Shown: positions 41,226 to 50,873, numbered from the stretch's first letter. The stretch is DNA of 64,000 bases from Candidatus Latescibacterota bacterium (GCA_965116875.1 OZ220733.1:4992001-5056000); one strand, 5' to 3'. A program made the numbers and translations. Notes: generated by a model from the letters alone, not told the origin.

Positions 41226-42260
41226 ATGGCATCTCTTCGTGCCGGCGTGGTCGGCGCAGGAAGCATCTCCCGCAGACACATCAACGCATGGAAGGCCCAT
41301 CCGGACGTGGAACTGACCTGCATTGCGGACATCAGCGAACAGGCCGTGAACAGCCGCGCGGATGAATTCGGCATTCGGGACCGTTATACCGGCTACGCGG
41401 ACATGTTCCGGACGGAAAATATCGACGTCCTCAGCATCTGCACGTGGATGAATACGCACGCGGAGATCGCGGTAGCCGCGGCGGAGGCCGGCATCGGCGG
41501 GATCCTGTGCGAAAAGCCGCTGTCGGGCAGCCTGGAGGAAGTGGATCTCATTCTCGACGCCGCAAACAGAAACGGAACCCGCGTAGCCGTGGGCCATCAT
41601 CACCGGTTCCGCGGCGCCTGCGAGAAAGGGCGGGAACTGATTTTGGAGGGCGCGATCGGGCAGCCCGTACTCTTTCACGGCCACACGACGGGCGGCCTGC
41701 TCAACAACGGCACCCACTTCGTGGACATCGCGCGTTACCTGATGGATGATCCGGAACCCTCCTGGGCGATCGGCCAGGTGGTGCGGCACACCGACCGGCA
41801 CGAACGGCACGACCCCATCGAAGACTTGTGCGCGGGAATTGTTGCACTAGAAAACGGCGCGCGCATCCTGATCGAAAGCGATATGCCCGAACCGGCGCCG
41901 CCGGACAACGCGATGACGCTGCAGGGAACCGGCGGCACGCTGGTGGTCACGTCCAAGGGTGCGCGATTGCTCAATGACGCGGGATCCCGGGACGTGGACG
42001 CCGCACAGGAGACGGACGTTGGGGTCGCGCAGGCCGCGGAACTCGTGGACTGGATGGAAGGCCGCGTGGACGAGCACCGCAACGCCATCCGGAAGAACCG
42101 CGGGGTCATCGAAATCCTCATGGGCGTCTATGAATCCGCCCGCATTCGCGACGTGGTCACCTTCCCCCTCGAATCCGGACCCTCGCCCCTGCACCGGATG
42201 ATCGACGACGGAGACCTGCCCGTGACCGTGCCCGGGAAGTATGATATACGGATACGTTAG
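41226..42260 (+). CDS. Gfo/Idh/MocA family oxidoreductase
   Basis: GVVGAGSI, LCEKP, NGTHFVD. Confidence 0.9.
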   Translation: MASLRAGVVGAGSISRRHINAWKAHPDVELTCIADISEQAVNSRADEFGIRDRYTGYADMFRTENIDVLSICTWMNTHAEIAVAAAEAGIGGILCEKPLSGSLEEVDLILDAANRNGTRVAVGHHHRFRGACEKGRELILEGAIGQPVLFHGHTTGGLLNNGTHFVDIARYLMDDPEPSWAIGQVVRHTDRHERHDPIEDLCAGIVALENGARILIESDMPEPAPPDNAMTLQGTGGTLVVTSKGARLLNDAGSRDVDAAQETDVGVAQAAELVDWMEGRVDEHRNAIRKNRGVIEILMGVYESARIRDVVTFPLESGPSPLHRMIDDGDLPVTVPGKYDIRIR

Positions 42261-42296
42261 ACAGTCTCGCCAATGTAAATCACCCAAGGATTCGCG

Positions 42297-43517
42297 ATGA
42301 CCTCTACTCGAAGCACCCCCACGGTCACCGTCGGTCTTGCCGATGCCGATATAACCGGGAACGACAACCGGGCGCTCCAGGCGGCCGTGGACTATATCGC
42401 GGGTCTGGGCGGCGGGACCGTGGAAATCGGTCCAGGGACCTACACGATGCGGGACTCGCTGCACCTGAGGAACCGAGTCACCGTCCGCGGACAGGGTCGG
42501 GAATCCGTTCTCTTCAAGGCGGATGCCGTTGAGAGTCCGCTCACGCTCGACGGGGACTACGGCGAGGAACAGATCACGGTTGCCGACCCCGCGGGGTTCG
42601 CGCCCGGTGTGGGAGTGAGCGTAACGGACGACAACTCGGGCGGATTTCACACCGTCGTCTGTACGCTGATCTGGGCGGATGGCGACACATTCGGCGCCGG
42701 CAAGCCCATGCTGGGCGACTACCTCGTGTCACGAAACGCACGCGCGGCAACCACGTTTCCGGTCATCAGCGGCTATGGCGTCACAGCCGCCGGCATCGAA
42801 AACCTGGCGATTCAGGGCAACAAAGAAAACAACCCGTACCTCAACGGTTGTAGGGGCGCGGGCATCTTCCTGTACCGCAGCCATGGGACGAGGATCGCCG
42901 GCTGTACGATCGAAAACTACAACGGCGATGGAATCAGCTTCCAGCAAAGCAACGGTGTGTCGGTGGAAGACTGCGTCTGCAGGGGGAATACCCACCTGGG
43001 CCTGCACCCGGGCAGCGGAAGCGGCTCGCCCGCCATCCGCAACTGCCGGTCTGTCGGGAACGGCCGCATCGGCCTGTTCCTCTGCTGGCGGGTCAGAAAC
43101 GGGATCTTCGAGAACAACCGTCTGAATGACAACGGCGAGACCGGGATCTCCATCGGTCACAAGGATACGGACAACACGTTTCTGAGCAACGAGGCAAACG
43201 GAAACGGACGGGAGGGCGTGCTGTTCCGCGATGAATCCGAACCCATGGCGGGGCACCGGAATTACTTCGAGAGGAACGAAATCCTGGACAATGGAGAGGG
43301 ATCCAACGGATGCGGCGTCCGAATCCTGGGCGATACCCGGGACCTGACCTTCGTCAACAACCGCATCGGGAATTCGCCGGACGGCAAGCAACAGATCGGC
43401 ATCGTGATTGGAGAAAAAGCAGACCGTATCCAGCTCAAAGAGAATGAGTTATCCGGAAACGTTAATCGAGAAATCGAAGATCGGCGCGAGGGGAAAAATA
43501 AACCGGACTGTGATTAG
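42297..43517 (+). CDS. right-handed parallel beta-helix protein (pectin lyase fold)
   Basis: ALQAAVD...GGGTVEIGPGTY and repeated N-x-x-x-G-I beta-helix rungs. Confidence 0.85.
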   Translation: MTSTRSTPTVTVGLADADITGNDNRALQAAVDYIAGLGGGTVEIGPGTYTMRDSLHLRNRVTVRGQGRESVLFKADAVESPLTLDGDYGEEQITVADPAGFAPGVGVSVTDDNSGGFHTVVCTLIWADGDTFGAGKPMLGDYLVSRNARAATTFPVISGYGVTAAGIENLAIQGNKENNPYLNGCRGAGIFLYRSHGTRIAGCTIENYNGDGISFQQSNGVSVEDCVCRGNTHLGLHPGSGSGSPAIRNCRSVGNGRIGLFLCWRVRNGIFENNRLNDNGETGISIGHKDTDNTFLSNEANGNGREGVLFRDESEPMAGHRNYFERNEILDNGEGSNGCGVRILGDTRDLTFVNNRIGNSPDGKQQIGIVIGEKADRIQLKENELSGNVNREIEDRREGKNKPDCD

Positions 43518-43620
43518 GCAGGATTAGAACCGGATTAAAGGCTGATTAAAACCAAGATCAAAGTCAAAACCGGACCGGGATTATGCAGGATTAGAGCAGG
43601 ATTAAAGGCTGATTAAAACC
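43512..43620. repeat. two 42-bp direct repeats built of phased GATTA units
   Basis: Copies at 43512-43553 and 43579-43620; GATTA spaced 10, 11, 11 bp within each. Confidence 0.8.
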
Positions 43621-43743
43621 CATTGAAAGACTCTGATTGCGTTCCGGCGAAGAATGAGCATCCTGTAGTTTACATTATCTCACATCTTTGGCCCTGGACA
43701 CCGAGCCGCTCTGTGAGCCGTTGTCCTGCTTGTGCTGCCTGCA

Positions 43744-44149
43744 CTGAGCCTGTCGAAGGGTCGAAGGGCCGTCAGACAGTCGAAGTGTCCGCGCACAAGT
43801 TCATCTACAAAGACCAAATGCGACACGTACAATCGAGAATACGGGAGATTCTTCGCTGCGCTCTGATTGGCATGTTTTGCGATAACTATTGGCAAAACGC
43901 TGAGCCCACACCTTCGCAGAATATGTCATCCTGAGGAGGCCCGCGCGCTCAGAATGACATGTTTTATGATCGTCAGGCACGTGGCTTCCCGCTGTCATCC
44001 AGAGGAGGCCCCCAGGCCGACGAAGGATCTACTGCAGCATCGGATTATCCCCGTGCGATTTGTACGCGTCAATACCTGAGAGGCAGCACGTCCGCCTGCA
44101 GCGCGGGACAGAAGGGGCGAAAAATGCTTCGACTCCGATCAGAATGACA
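43744..44149. repeat. cluster of degenerate REP-like palindromic elements
   Basis: CTGAGCCTGTCGAAGG, GAGATTCTTCGCTGCGCTC, TGTCATCCTGAG...CTCAGAATGACA, TGTCATCCAGAG, ATCAGAATGACA. Confidence 0.6.
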
Positions 44150-44593
44150 TTCGTTGCCACAGACACGAACCGATGGCAACCTGGTTTCCGTAAACCAAGC
44201 CAAACCCGTACAAGATCGCGAATTGAAGCCACTATTCGAACCTTATCTCTGCGAGTTCCACGGTTCCTGGACAGCAGTGAGGCCGATTGAAATCCGAGAA
44301 AAGACTCTGATTGGCGTCCTTGCGACGACATATTCGGCAGACTTGCCTTCTGATCATATATTGAGGCAAGATCCGACTGCAGCCCTCGACAGCGCCCGAA
44401 TCGTGAGGATAACGGTAATGGGTGCTTAGACAATTGTCTAAGGTTTTGGGCAAATGATATATAGGCCCTTAAAACAAACTCGGAGTTTGCCATGGTTGTA
44501 CTTGCAATGTCAATGATCGACCTAATGCGTCCAACGCATGATCGGCTGAACAGGCCACCTGATAGCGGATGAGGTTTCGGATCGCCAGCAGGG

Positions 44594-44656
44594 CTGTCAA
44601 CACCGGTTTTGTTTTTGACAAAAGCACCGGCTGAAATTTGGACACTATAGACAGGA
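44594..44656 (+). mobile_element. orphan IS21-like terminal sequence, copy 1
   Basis: TGTCAACACCGG start with internally repeated CCGG..TT unit; 57/63 identical to 45515-45577. Confidence 0.5.
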
Positions 44657-44739
44657 TGGTGGGTCGCCGGCAGGTCGGTGCGCTTCGCGAGGTGGCAGTC
44701 CGAGGGAATCGGATTCTCCATCCGTTTCATTATCGACTA

Positions 44740-44768
44740 TTGACTTCCCTATAACTATTGCTTAAAGT
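44740..44768 (+). promoter_or_regulatory. sigma70-type promoter for small ORF
   Basis: TTGACT-17 nt-TAAAGT. Confidence 0.6.
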
Positions 44769-44792
44769 TGGTTTAGACAAAGGAGGTGACCG

Positions 44793-45029
44793 ATGAATCA
44801 TCCATTCAAGTGGTGGTGCTGTCGGTATCTGTTGCGGGTCATTTTCGTCCGGGACAATAGAGCCTCGAAAAACCAACCGAATCCAGCGACAATCGTCCAC
44901 CGGTGCAGGGACCTGAAATACCGGCCCGAGAGACCGGAAATGATCTGCGAGAAGGAAGACTGCGAAAACTGCCGTCAGAAGCACGGACGACCGCAGACCG
45001 TATTGCACTATTTGACTGAAGGTATGTAG
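44793..45029 (+). CDS. small Cys/Arg-rich hypothetical protein (78 aa)
   Basis: AAGGAGGT RBS 5 nt upstream of ATG, own promoter and downstream hairpin. Confidence 0.6.
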   Translation: MNHPFKWWCCRYLLRVIFVRDNRASKNQPNPATIVHRCRDLKYRPERPEMICEKEDCENCRQKHGRPQTVLHYLTEGM

Positions 45030-45045
45030 GCTCGATTGAAGGCCG

Positions 45046-45092
45046 CAAGACAGAAGCCCAGGGCGATCGAATCGTCCTGGGCTTCTGTCTTG
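45046..45092 (+). terminator. 22-bp stem hairpin after the small ORF
   Basis: CAAGACAGAAGCCCAGGGCGAT-cga-ATCGTCCTGGGCTTCTGTCTTG (one G-U on + strand). Confidence 0.7.
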
Positions 45093-45206
45093 AGAGGCGG
45101 TCGGACTGAAGCGACGGAGTTGATCTGATTCAAACGGGACAACCCACGACAATCGCGCATTGTCCCGTTGCATCATTCTCCGCGAAGGGTATTCAGCGAA
45201 TGGGTT

Positions 45207-45514
45207 TCACGACTGTTCCCGATCCAACAATTGCCCGAACTCCTCCGGACTGGAAACCTGGACCGCTGCGCGAAGCAACGCTTTCAGGCGTCGGACGTCG
45301 TCAATCGTCTCAATGCGAGCAGTCAGAGGATGCGGCGCAGGATGACCGAATCGAGTCTCCAGTACAGCGAAGATACTCTCCCGGAGCCCTTGCTCAAGGC
45401 CTCTTTCGATGCCTTGCTCGATGCCTTGCTCGATACCTTGCTCAATGCCCTGTCGGGTGAGGTATTGTGCAAAGGATGATTCGCGTATGAGGTCCATCAG
45501 GCCCTCCTTCGAAA
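45207..45514 (-). pseudogene. 3' remnant of Rpn/YhgA-like (DUF4351-like) protein
   Basis: MDLIRESSFAQYL-(EQGI)n-LETRFG...IDDVRRLKALL tail; upstream part replaced by the IS21-like end. Confidence 0.65.
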
Positions 45515-45577
45515 CTGTCAACACCGGTTTTGTTTTTGACAAAAACGCCGGTTTAAATTTGGCCACCATAGACAGGA
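45515..45577 (+). mobile_element. orphan IS21-like terminal sequence, copy 2
   Basis: Direct repeat of 44594-44656, abutting the truncated Rpn-like gene. Confidence 0.5.
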
Positions 45578-45705
45578 AGTTGAGTGGATCAGGGTGGAAA
45601 GTCAATTACATCCCCAGGAGTTTTCGGAAATCCGTAAACCGGGGCTTCCAGATGGTCCTATTGGATCAATCATCAGCCGGCTGCATATGGGCGATCGCAA
45701 ACGCG

Positions 45706-45819
45706 AGACTCAACCCTCCCCCACCTCCGCCAAATCCACCCCGAATTCCGCTCCGATTTCGCAAACCGTTTCCCACGTCCGGTCGTCCACCTCAATGCCC
45801 TCCGTGGCACGGCGTTCGG
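45706..45819 (-). repeat. duplicate of the 3' end of the Ldh-family gene (att-like direct repeat)
   Basis: 45706-45805 matches 50870-50969 with 3 mismatches in 100 bp, including the stop codon. Confidence 0.9.
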
Positions 45820-45905
45820 TAGATTGAAACTGCATTGCCGGTTGATCACGCTCGGGGACCAATGCCGGCGGCGGGGATGACGGAGGCCGGTACCCACCGT
45901 CGAGG

Positions 45906-46119
45906 TCGATATATCGAAAAAAAGGTCGATATTTCGATCCAGCTACAACTAACTGTTTCTTAATAACATAAGCGATCCAGGCTGAAAAAGTGGGGCGATA
46001 TATCGTCCAATTAACCAGCCTTGCTTTTTGTTGTTGTGAATTGCCATACTTCTATCCTGCATTAAATCAATATCTTACAGTTATTTCAGGCAATGCTAAC
46101 ACATTGGCACACATTTCGC
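45906..46119 (+). promoter_or_regulatory. sigma54 promoter with UAS dyads and IHF site
   Basis: TCGATATATCGA (45906), TCGATATTTCGA (45926), GCGATATATCGT (45995); AATCAAtatcTTA (46065); TGGCAC-acatt-TCGC (46105-46119). Confidence 0.6.
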
Positions 46120-46382
46120 GTTTGCATAAGATCTCGTCATTCACCCGACCATACTCCGATCAAGAACCTGGCGTAGACCAGGACAACCGCTTTGCCCGAT
46201 ATCAGAATTCACACCCTGGAAGCCAGACCATGGTTGCACTTCCGGACTGGGAAAATGAGAATCGGCACACTAAAGTACATTCAAATCATGCTCGATCTGA
46301 ACCCGGGCGACGATCACCGGCCTGCCCGATTGCCGTGACAAAGACACTATAAGAAGAGGCTTCGGGAAGAAAGGTAACATCG

Positions 46383-49300
46383 ATGGAGTCAAATCTAAAC
46401 AGGTGCTATCTGGTACTCTTCTCGTTGGCAATATGCGGAACTGTAATGATCTGCCGGCCGAATGTGATTTCAGCTTCGTCGGTTCAGGCTGACAGCGTGC
46501 ATTTCTGTGCGCTGTTTGACTACGAGCAGTGGCTGCGCGACAATCCCGCGCCCGCAGGAAAGCTAGCGGCGGAACGAAACGTCGGCCCGCCGCGCACGGT
46601 GCGATTGTTCTATTTCCTGCCGAACGACCGCCCATTTCGGCAGGAAGTGGTCGATTCGATGAAAACAGTGATCAAGCAGATTCAGACGTTCTACGCCGAG
46701 CAAATGCAGACGCACGGCTACGGGGAGATGACATTTCGTTTCGAGGCCGATGCGCAGGGCGACCCGTTGGTGCATCGCGTGGATGGTGAACACGCGGACG
46801 ATTCCTATTATGACAACACGGTGGGCCCCGTGTTAAGGGAGATCCGGCAAGCGTATGATCGAGAACAGAATGTCGTTTTCATCGTTGTCGATAACAATGC
46901 CAACACGTCTATTGGACTTCATGGTACAAGAATTGGCGGAGGCGGTGGAATTTCGGGCACGCCGAAGCGCAGTGGTTTTGTGATGATTCCCGCCGGATTC
47001 AGCTTCGGCACGGCCGTGCATGAACTCACCCACGCCTTCGGCATGAACTGGCACGACTTTCGGGACCGAAACTATGTCCTGTCGTATGGATCCAATTACA
47101 AAAGGATCTCGGACTGCACTGCGGGTGTGCTCGCCGTGAATCCGAATTTCAATTGGGATATTCCATTCGAAACGTCAACAGGGCCAATGATCGAGCAAGT
47201 TTCCCCGGCCAGGTATCCTGCCGGATCAAAGAGCGTATCAATTCGACTCAAAGCTTCTGACGTGGATGGGGTGCATCAGTTGATCCTGCAGGCTGTAACA
47301 ACAGGTATCTCCGCCACATCGGGATCCTGGGAAGTCCTGGCATGCCGTCACTTTTCAGGTGAGAAGGAGGCGATCGCCGAGTTCGAATATGACGGCGTTG
47401 TTCCATCTTCTGACTTTACCAGCCTTTCCGATCCTCCTTCACATTACTTTCGTGTCATAGCGATTGATACGGATGGGAACGACCGGAAACCGTATAGCGA
47501 AATTCACTTTGGTATTGCGGAAGATTCACCATACCTGATCACGACCCTTGAAGGTCGTTCGTCGTATGTCAGTTCCGTGGCTTTTTCGCACGATGGTTCC
47601 ACTCTTGCGGCCGGTTCTGCGGACAGCACGGTTGTATTGTGGGATGTGCGCACGAGAGAACAGATCGCTGTGTTGGAAGGGCATACCGCTCGCGTCTGGG
47701 CGGTTTCATTTTCTCCTGACGGATCCATTCTGGCTGCGGGATCACAGGATGGTACGATCATGTTTTGGGACATGGCGACACGAGAGGCCATCCCGCCCGT
47801 GGAAAGGCATTCAAATTACGTAACCGAGGTGGCATTTTCACCCGATGGCAAGACGTTTGCCGCCGTTGGGTTGGGAGATGATACGGTTAAACTGTTGGAC
47901 GTAGCGACGCGCGAGGAGATCGGGACCCTGCAGATGCCAACAGATCTGGTTTCTTCGATGGCATTCTCGCCTGACGGGAAGACGCTTGCTGCCACATCGG
48001 ACGGCGCAGTCCTGCTGTGGGACACAGCAACACTTGAAGAGATCGCAACCCTGCAACATGCCAAGCCAGTGAATGCAGTAGCGTTTTCACCCGACGGCGC
48101 CATACTGGCTGCCTCTGTGCCAGGTGAGAGCGCAGTTGTTCTATGGGACGTGGCGACTCATAGTAAGATTACCGCCTTGGCAGTGAATCCCTGGTGGGCA
48201 AATTCGTTGGCGTTCTCGCCCGATGGTACTACGCTGGCATCGGGCACCGCCAACGGTACCGCCATATTGTACAATATCATGAGCGAAGAGTTGGAACAGG
48301 CGTTTCCACACGCAGCAGGAGGGGTTACCTCGGTAGACTTCTCACCGGACGGCGCCACGCTGGCTGCGTCATCGACGGATGGCAGAGTCGAGTTATGGGA
48401 TACTTCTGAGTGGCTTCGGCCGCGACCCTCTCGCCTGGCCGAGATTTCGGGCAATGGCCAGCAAGGAGCGCCAGAGGCCGCGTTGACGCGCCCGCTCGTC
48501 GTGGAAGTCAGAGATCAGTACGGCGATCCACTTCCCGGTGTACCGGTCACGTTCACCGTTACCGCGGGCGGCGGGACGCTGGGTGGGAAGTTTACGATAG
48601 AGCGCCCAAAAACCGACACCAGCGGACGTGCTGGCGTTTTCTTCACCCTTGGACCGAATCCGGGAACAAATACCGTTGAAGTTTCGCTTGGAGGCCGTCC
48701 ACTGGCAACGTTCAACGCGCAGGGTGTTGGGACCATTGGGATCACTCGTGAGGATGATTTTCGTAAATGGCATTTGCCGAACGGCGCGATTGCGCGCCTT
48801 GGAAAGGGAAGCCTCAATGGAGGCCAGCATGGGCTGGACATATCGAAAGATGGCCGATACCTGGCCATCGCCACCGAGACCGGCGTGTGGGTCCAGGAGA
48901 TTGCATCGGGGCGGGTTACGGCGTTGTTACCAGCCCCTAACGCCAGTTCGGTTTCGTTCTCACCCAATGGCACGACGCTGGCGTCCACGGGCTGGAGCGA
49001 AATCGAGCTCTGGAATATCGAATCGGGCAGGCGGATCGGCATCCTCGATCGTGAGCCGTTGTATTTCCCCACTGCGGTGTTTTCACCGGATGGAGCCACA
49101 CTTGCCTCGGGTCAAAATGACGGCTCCGTCCTGCTGTGGGATGTCTCGAGTCGAAAAGAGATCGCCGTACTGGAGGGACATACAAACCGCGTCAGATCGC
49201 TGGCGTATTCGCCCGACGGTAATTCGTTGGCGACCGAGTCGGACGATAGAACCGTCAGATTGTGGGACGTGCAGACAAAAGAAGAAATCGCTTTGATCGA

Positions 49301-50771
49301 GAAGCATAGCGGATCGGTCGCGTCGGTGGCGTTCTCCCCCGACGGGCGCATCCTGGCATCGGGCTTATGGAGCGGCATCGTCGGAATGTGGGACGTGGCA
49401 ACCACAGAGGAAATCGCCATGCTGAAAGCGGGATCGGGGCACGTAAGGTTAGCATTCTCGCCCGACGGGCGCACACTTACGACCGGATCCTGGCGCCAGA
49501 TGGATCACTGGAATGTCGAAACCCTGGAACGTGTCGCCACGCAGGACGTACCTCGCCCTGGGATCACTTCACTGACGTATTCGCCTGACGGCGCCATCCT
49601 CGTTACAGCGTCAGGGAACGGAACGGTGACGCAGCGATACCTCGAGTCGGGAAACGCCGTCAGGCTCCCCGGATTTTTCTCCTTGAGTGCGATGGCGATG
49701 TCACCAGATGGATCGATAATTGCTGTGGGTGCCGACGGTGGCGCTATACTGCAGTGGGATTTGGCGACACTGACAGCACTTCCGCCCCTGCAGCCGGTCG
49801 GAACTTACGCCGCCGCCAGTTCCCTTGCGTTTTCGCCAGGTGGGGATATCATCGCAGCCTCCATACCGTCCGACGGAGGGGTCGGTGATATTTTATTGTT
49901 GGACGTGGCAACACATAGAGTGCTCACCACACTTTCTTCGAAACAGCATATCGTCCGTTCAATGGCTTTTACGCCGGATGCGAAGACGTTGGCCGCCGGG
50001 GGATGGGGGGACGATAGGGTCAAGTTATGGAACGTGGCGACAGGAGACCAGATCGCCTCGCTGGAGGGACATGATAACACAGTCAATGGGTTGGCGTTTT
50101 CGCCGGCCGGGAACATACTGGCTTCAGGGTCGAACGACAATACGGTCAAACTGTGGGACGTAGCGTCATGGAAAGAGATCGTCACGCTGACGGGGCATTC
50201 GAACGCCGTCACTTCGTTGGCGTTCTCTCCCGATGGTAACACATTGGCCTCCGCATCTTTGGACCGGACGGTCAAGCTGTGGGACCTATCAACCAGAAAA
50301 GTGATGGCCTCATTGGGAAATGGAGAACTTGTCCATTCCGTGTCGTTCCTTCCCGATGGAACCACGCTCGCGGCCGGAACATTCGGAAAGATTACACTGT
50401 GGGACATGGGAACCCGGAAAGAGATCGCCACGTTGGAGGGACACGCCAGCAACGTCATTGCGCTATCTTCTCTGCCCGACGGATCCAGGCTCGTGTCTGG
50501 CTCGCAGGACGCCACCATGCTGATTTGGGACATGCTTCCATACATCACGCCACCCGAGCCAGATCCCGACTTCGACAGAAACGGGGTGGTGGGCTTTTCC
50601 GACTTCGTACAGTTTGCCGAAAAGTTCGGATTGAGCCGGCGTGACGTCGGATATGAAGTTCTTTACGATCTGGACAGAAACGGCACGATCGGATTCTCGG
50701 ACTTTGTGTTGTTCGCAGCCGCCTTTGGTGCAAGCAGCCGACAGTCTGCCCTCAATCCGAGACTCGGATAA
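46383..50771 (+). CDS. secreted zinc-metallopeptidase / WD40 x21 / Ig-like / dockerin-EF-hand protein
   Basis: Signal peptide, HELTHAFG, 7+14 FSPDG-type WD40 repeats around a Big_1-like domain, duplicated DxDxNGxxGFSDF C-terminal motif. Confidence 0.9.
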   Translation: MESNLNRCYLVLFSLAICGTVMICRPNVISASSVQADSVHFCALFDYEQWLRDNPAPAGKLAAERNVGPPRTVRLFYFLPNDRPFRQEVVDSMKTVIKQIQTFYAEQMQTHGYGEMTFRFEADAQGDPLVHRVDGEHADDSYYDNTVGPVLREIRQAYDREQNVVFIVVDNNANTSIGLHGTRIGGGGGISGTPKRSGFVMIPAGFSFGTAVHELTHAFGMNWHDFRDRNYVLSYGSNYKRISDCTAGVLAVNPNFNWDIPFETSTGPMIEQVSPARYPAGSKSVSIRLKASDVDGVHQLILQAVTTGISATSGSWEVLACRHFSGEKEAIAEFEYDGVVPSSDFTSLSDPPSHYFRVIAIDTDGNDRKPYSEIHFGIAEDSPYLITTLEGRSSYVSSVAFSHDGSTLAAGSADSTVVLWDVRTREQIAVLEGHTARVWAVSFSPDGSILAAGSQDGTIMFWDMATREAIPPVERHSNYVTEVAFSPDGKTFAAVGLGDDTVKLLDVATREEIGTLQMPTDLVSSMAFSPDGKTLAATSDGAVLLWDTATLEEIATLQHAKPVNAVAFSPDGAILAASVPGESAVVLWDVATHSKITALAVNPWWANSLAFSPDGTTLASGTANGTAILYNIMSEELEQAFPHAAGGVTSVDFSPDGATLAASSTDGRVELWDTSEWLRPRPSRLAEISGNGQQGAPEAALTRPLVVEVRDQYGDPLPGVPVTFTVTAGGGTLGGKFTIERPKTDTSGRAGVFFTLGPNPGTNTVEVSLGGRPLATFNAQGVGTIGITREDDFRKWHLPNGAIARLGKGSLNGGQHGLDISKDGRYLAIATETGVWVQEIASGRVTALLPAPNASSVSFSPNGTTLASTGWSEIELWNIESGRRIGILDREPLYFPTAVFSPDGATLASGQNDGSVLLWDVSSRKEIAVLEGHTNRVRSLAYSPDGNSLATESDDRTVRLWDVQTKEEIALIEKHSGSVASVAFSPDGRILASGLWSGIVGMWDVATTEEIAMLKAGSGHVRLAFSPDGRTLTTGSWRQMDHWNVETLERVATQDVPRPGITSLTYSPDGAILVTASGNGTVTQRYLESGNAVRLPGFFSLSAMAMSPDGSIIAVGADGGAILQWDLATLTALPPLQPVGTYAAASSLAFSPGGDIIAASIPSDGGVGDILLLDVATHRVLTTLSSKQHIVRSMAFTPDAKTLAAGGWGDDRVKLWNVATGDQIASLEGHDNTVNGLAFSPAGNILASGSNDNTVKLWDVASWKEIVTLTGHSNAVTSLAFSPDGNTLASASLDRTVKLWDLSTRKVMASLGNGELVHSVSFLPDGTTLAAGTFGKITLWDMGTRKEIATLEGHASNVIALSSLPDGSRLVSGSQDATMLIWDMLPYITPPEPDPDFDRNGVVGFSDFVQFAEKFGLSRRDVGYEVLYDLDRNGTIGFSDFVLFAAAFGASSRQSALNPRLG

Positions 50772-50873
50772 ATTATCGCTTTAGCCCGAATGAGTCCGGT
50801 TGAGTGACTCTGGATTGCGTGATTTTGCGAATCGCGCACGTGAAATGACTGTGTCTGCCCGTTCGCGCAAGAC

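Noticed and set aside
43512-44149. CRISPR array
   Set aside because: No regular repeat-spacer periodicity and no cas genes
44029-44730. 233-aa and 73-aa minus-strand ORFs in low-GC DNA
   Set aside because: They cross repeats and the IS-like end, and lack an RBS or motifs
45408-45452. 12-bp tandem repeat as a contingency locus
   Set aside because: It encodes the ordinary EQGI repeats of Rpn-like tails in a pseudogene
47540-50530. WD40 repeats as a diversity-generating retroelement target
   Set aside because: Repeats are diverged at all bases; no reverse transcriptase or adenine-specific TR/VR pair
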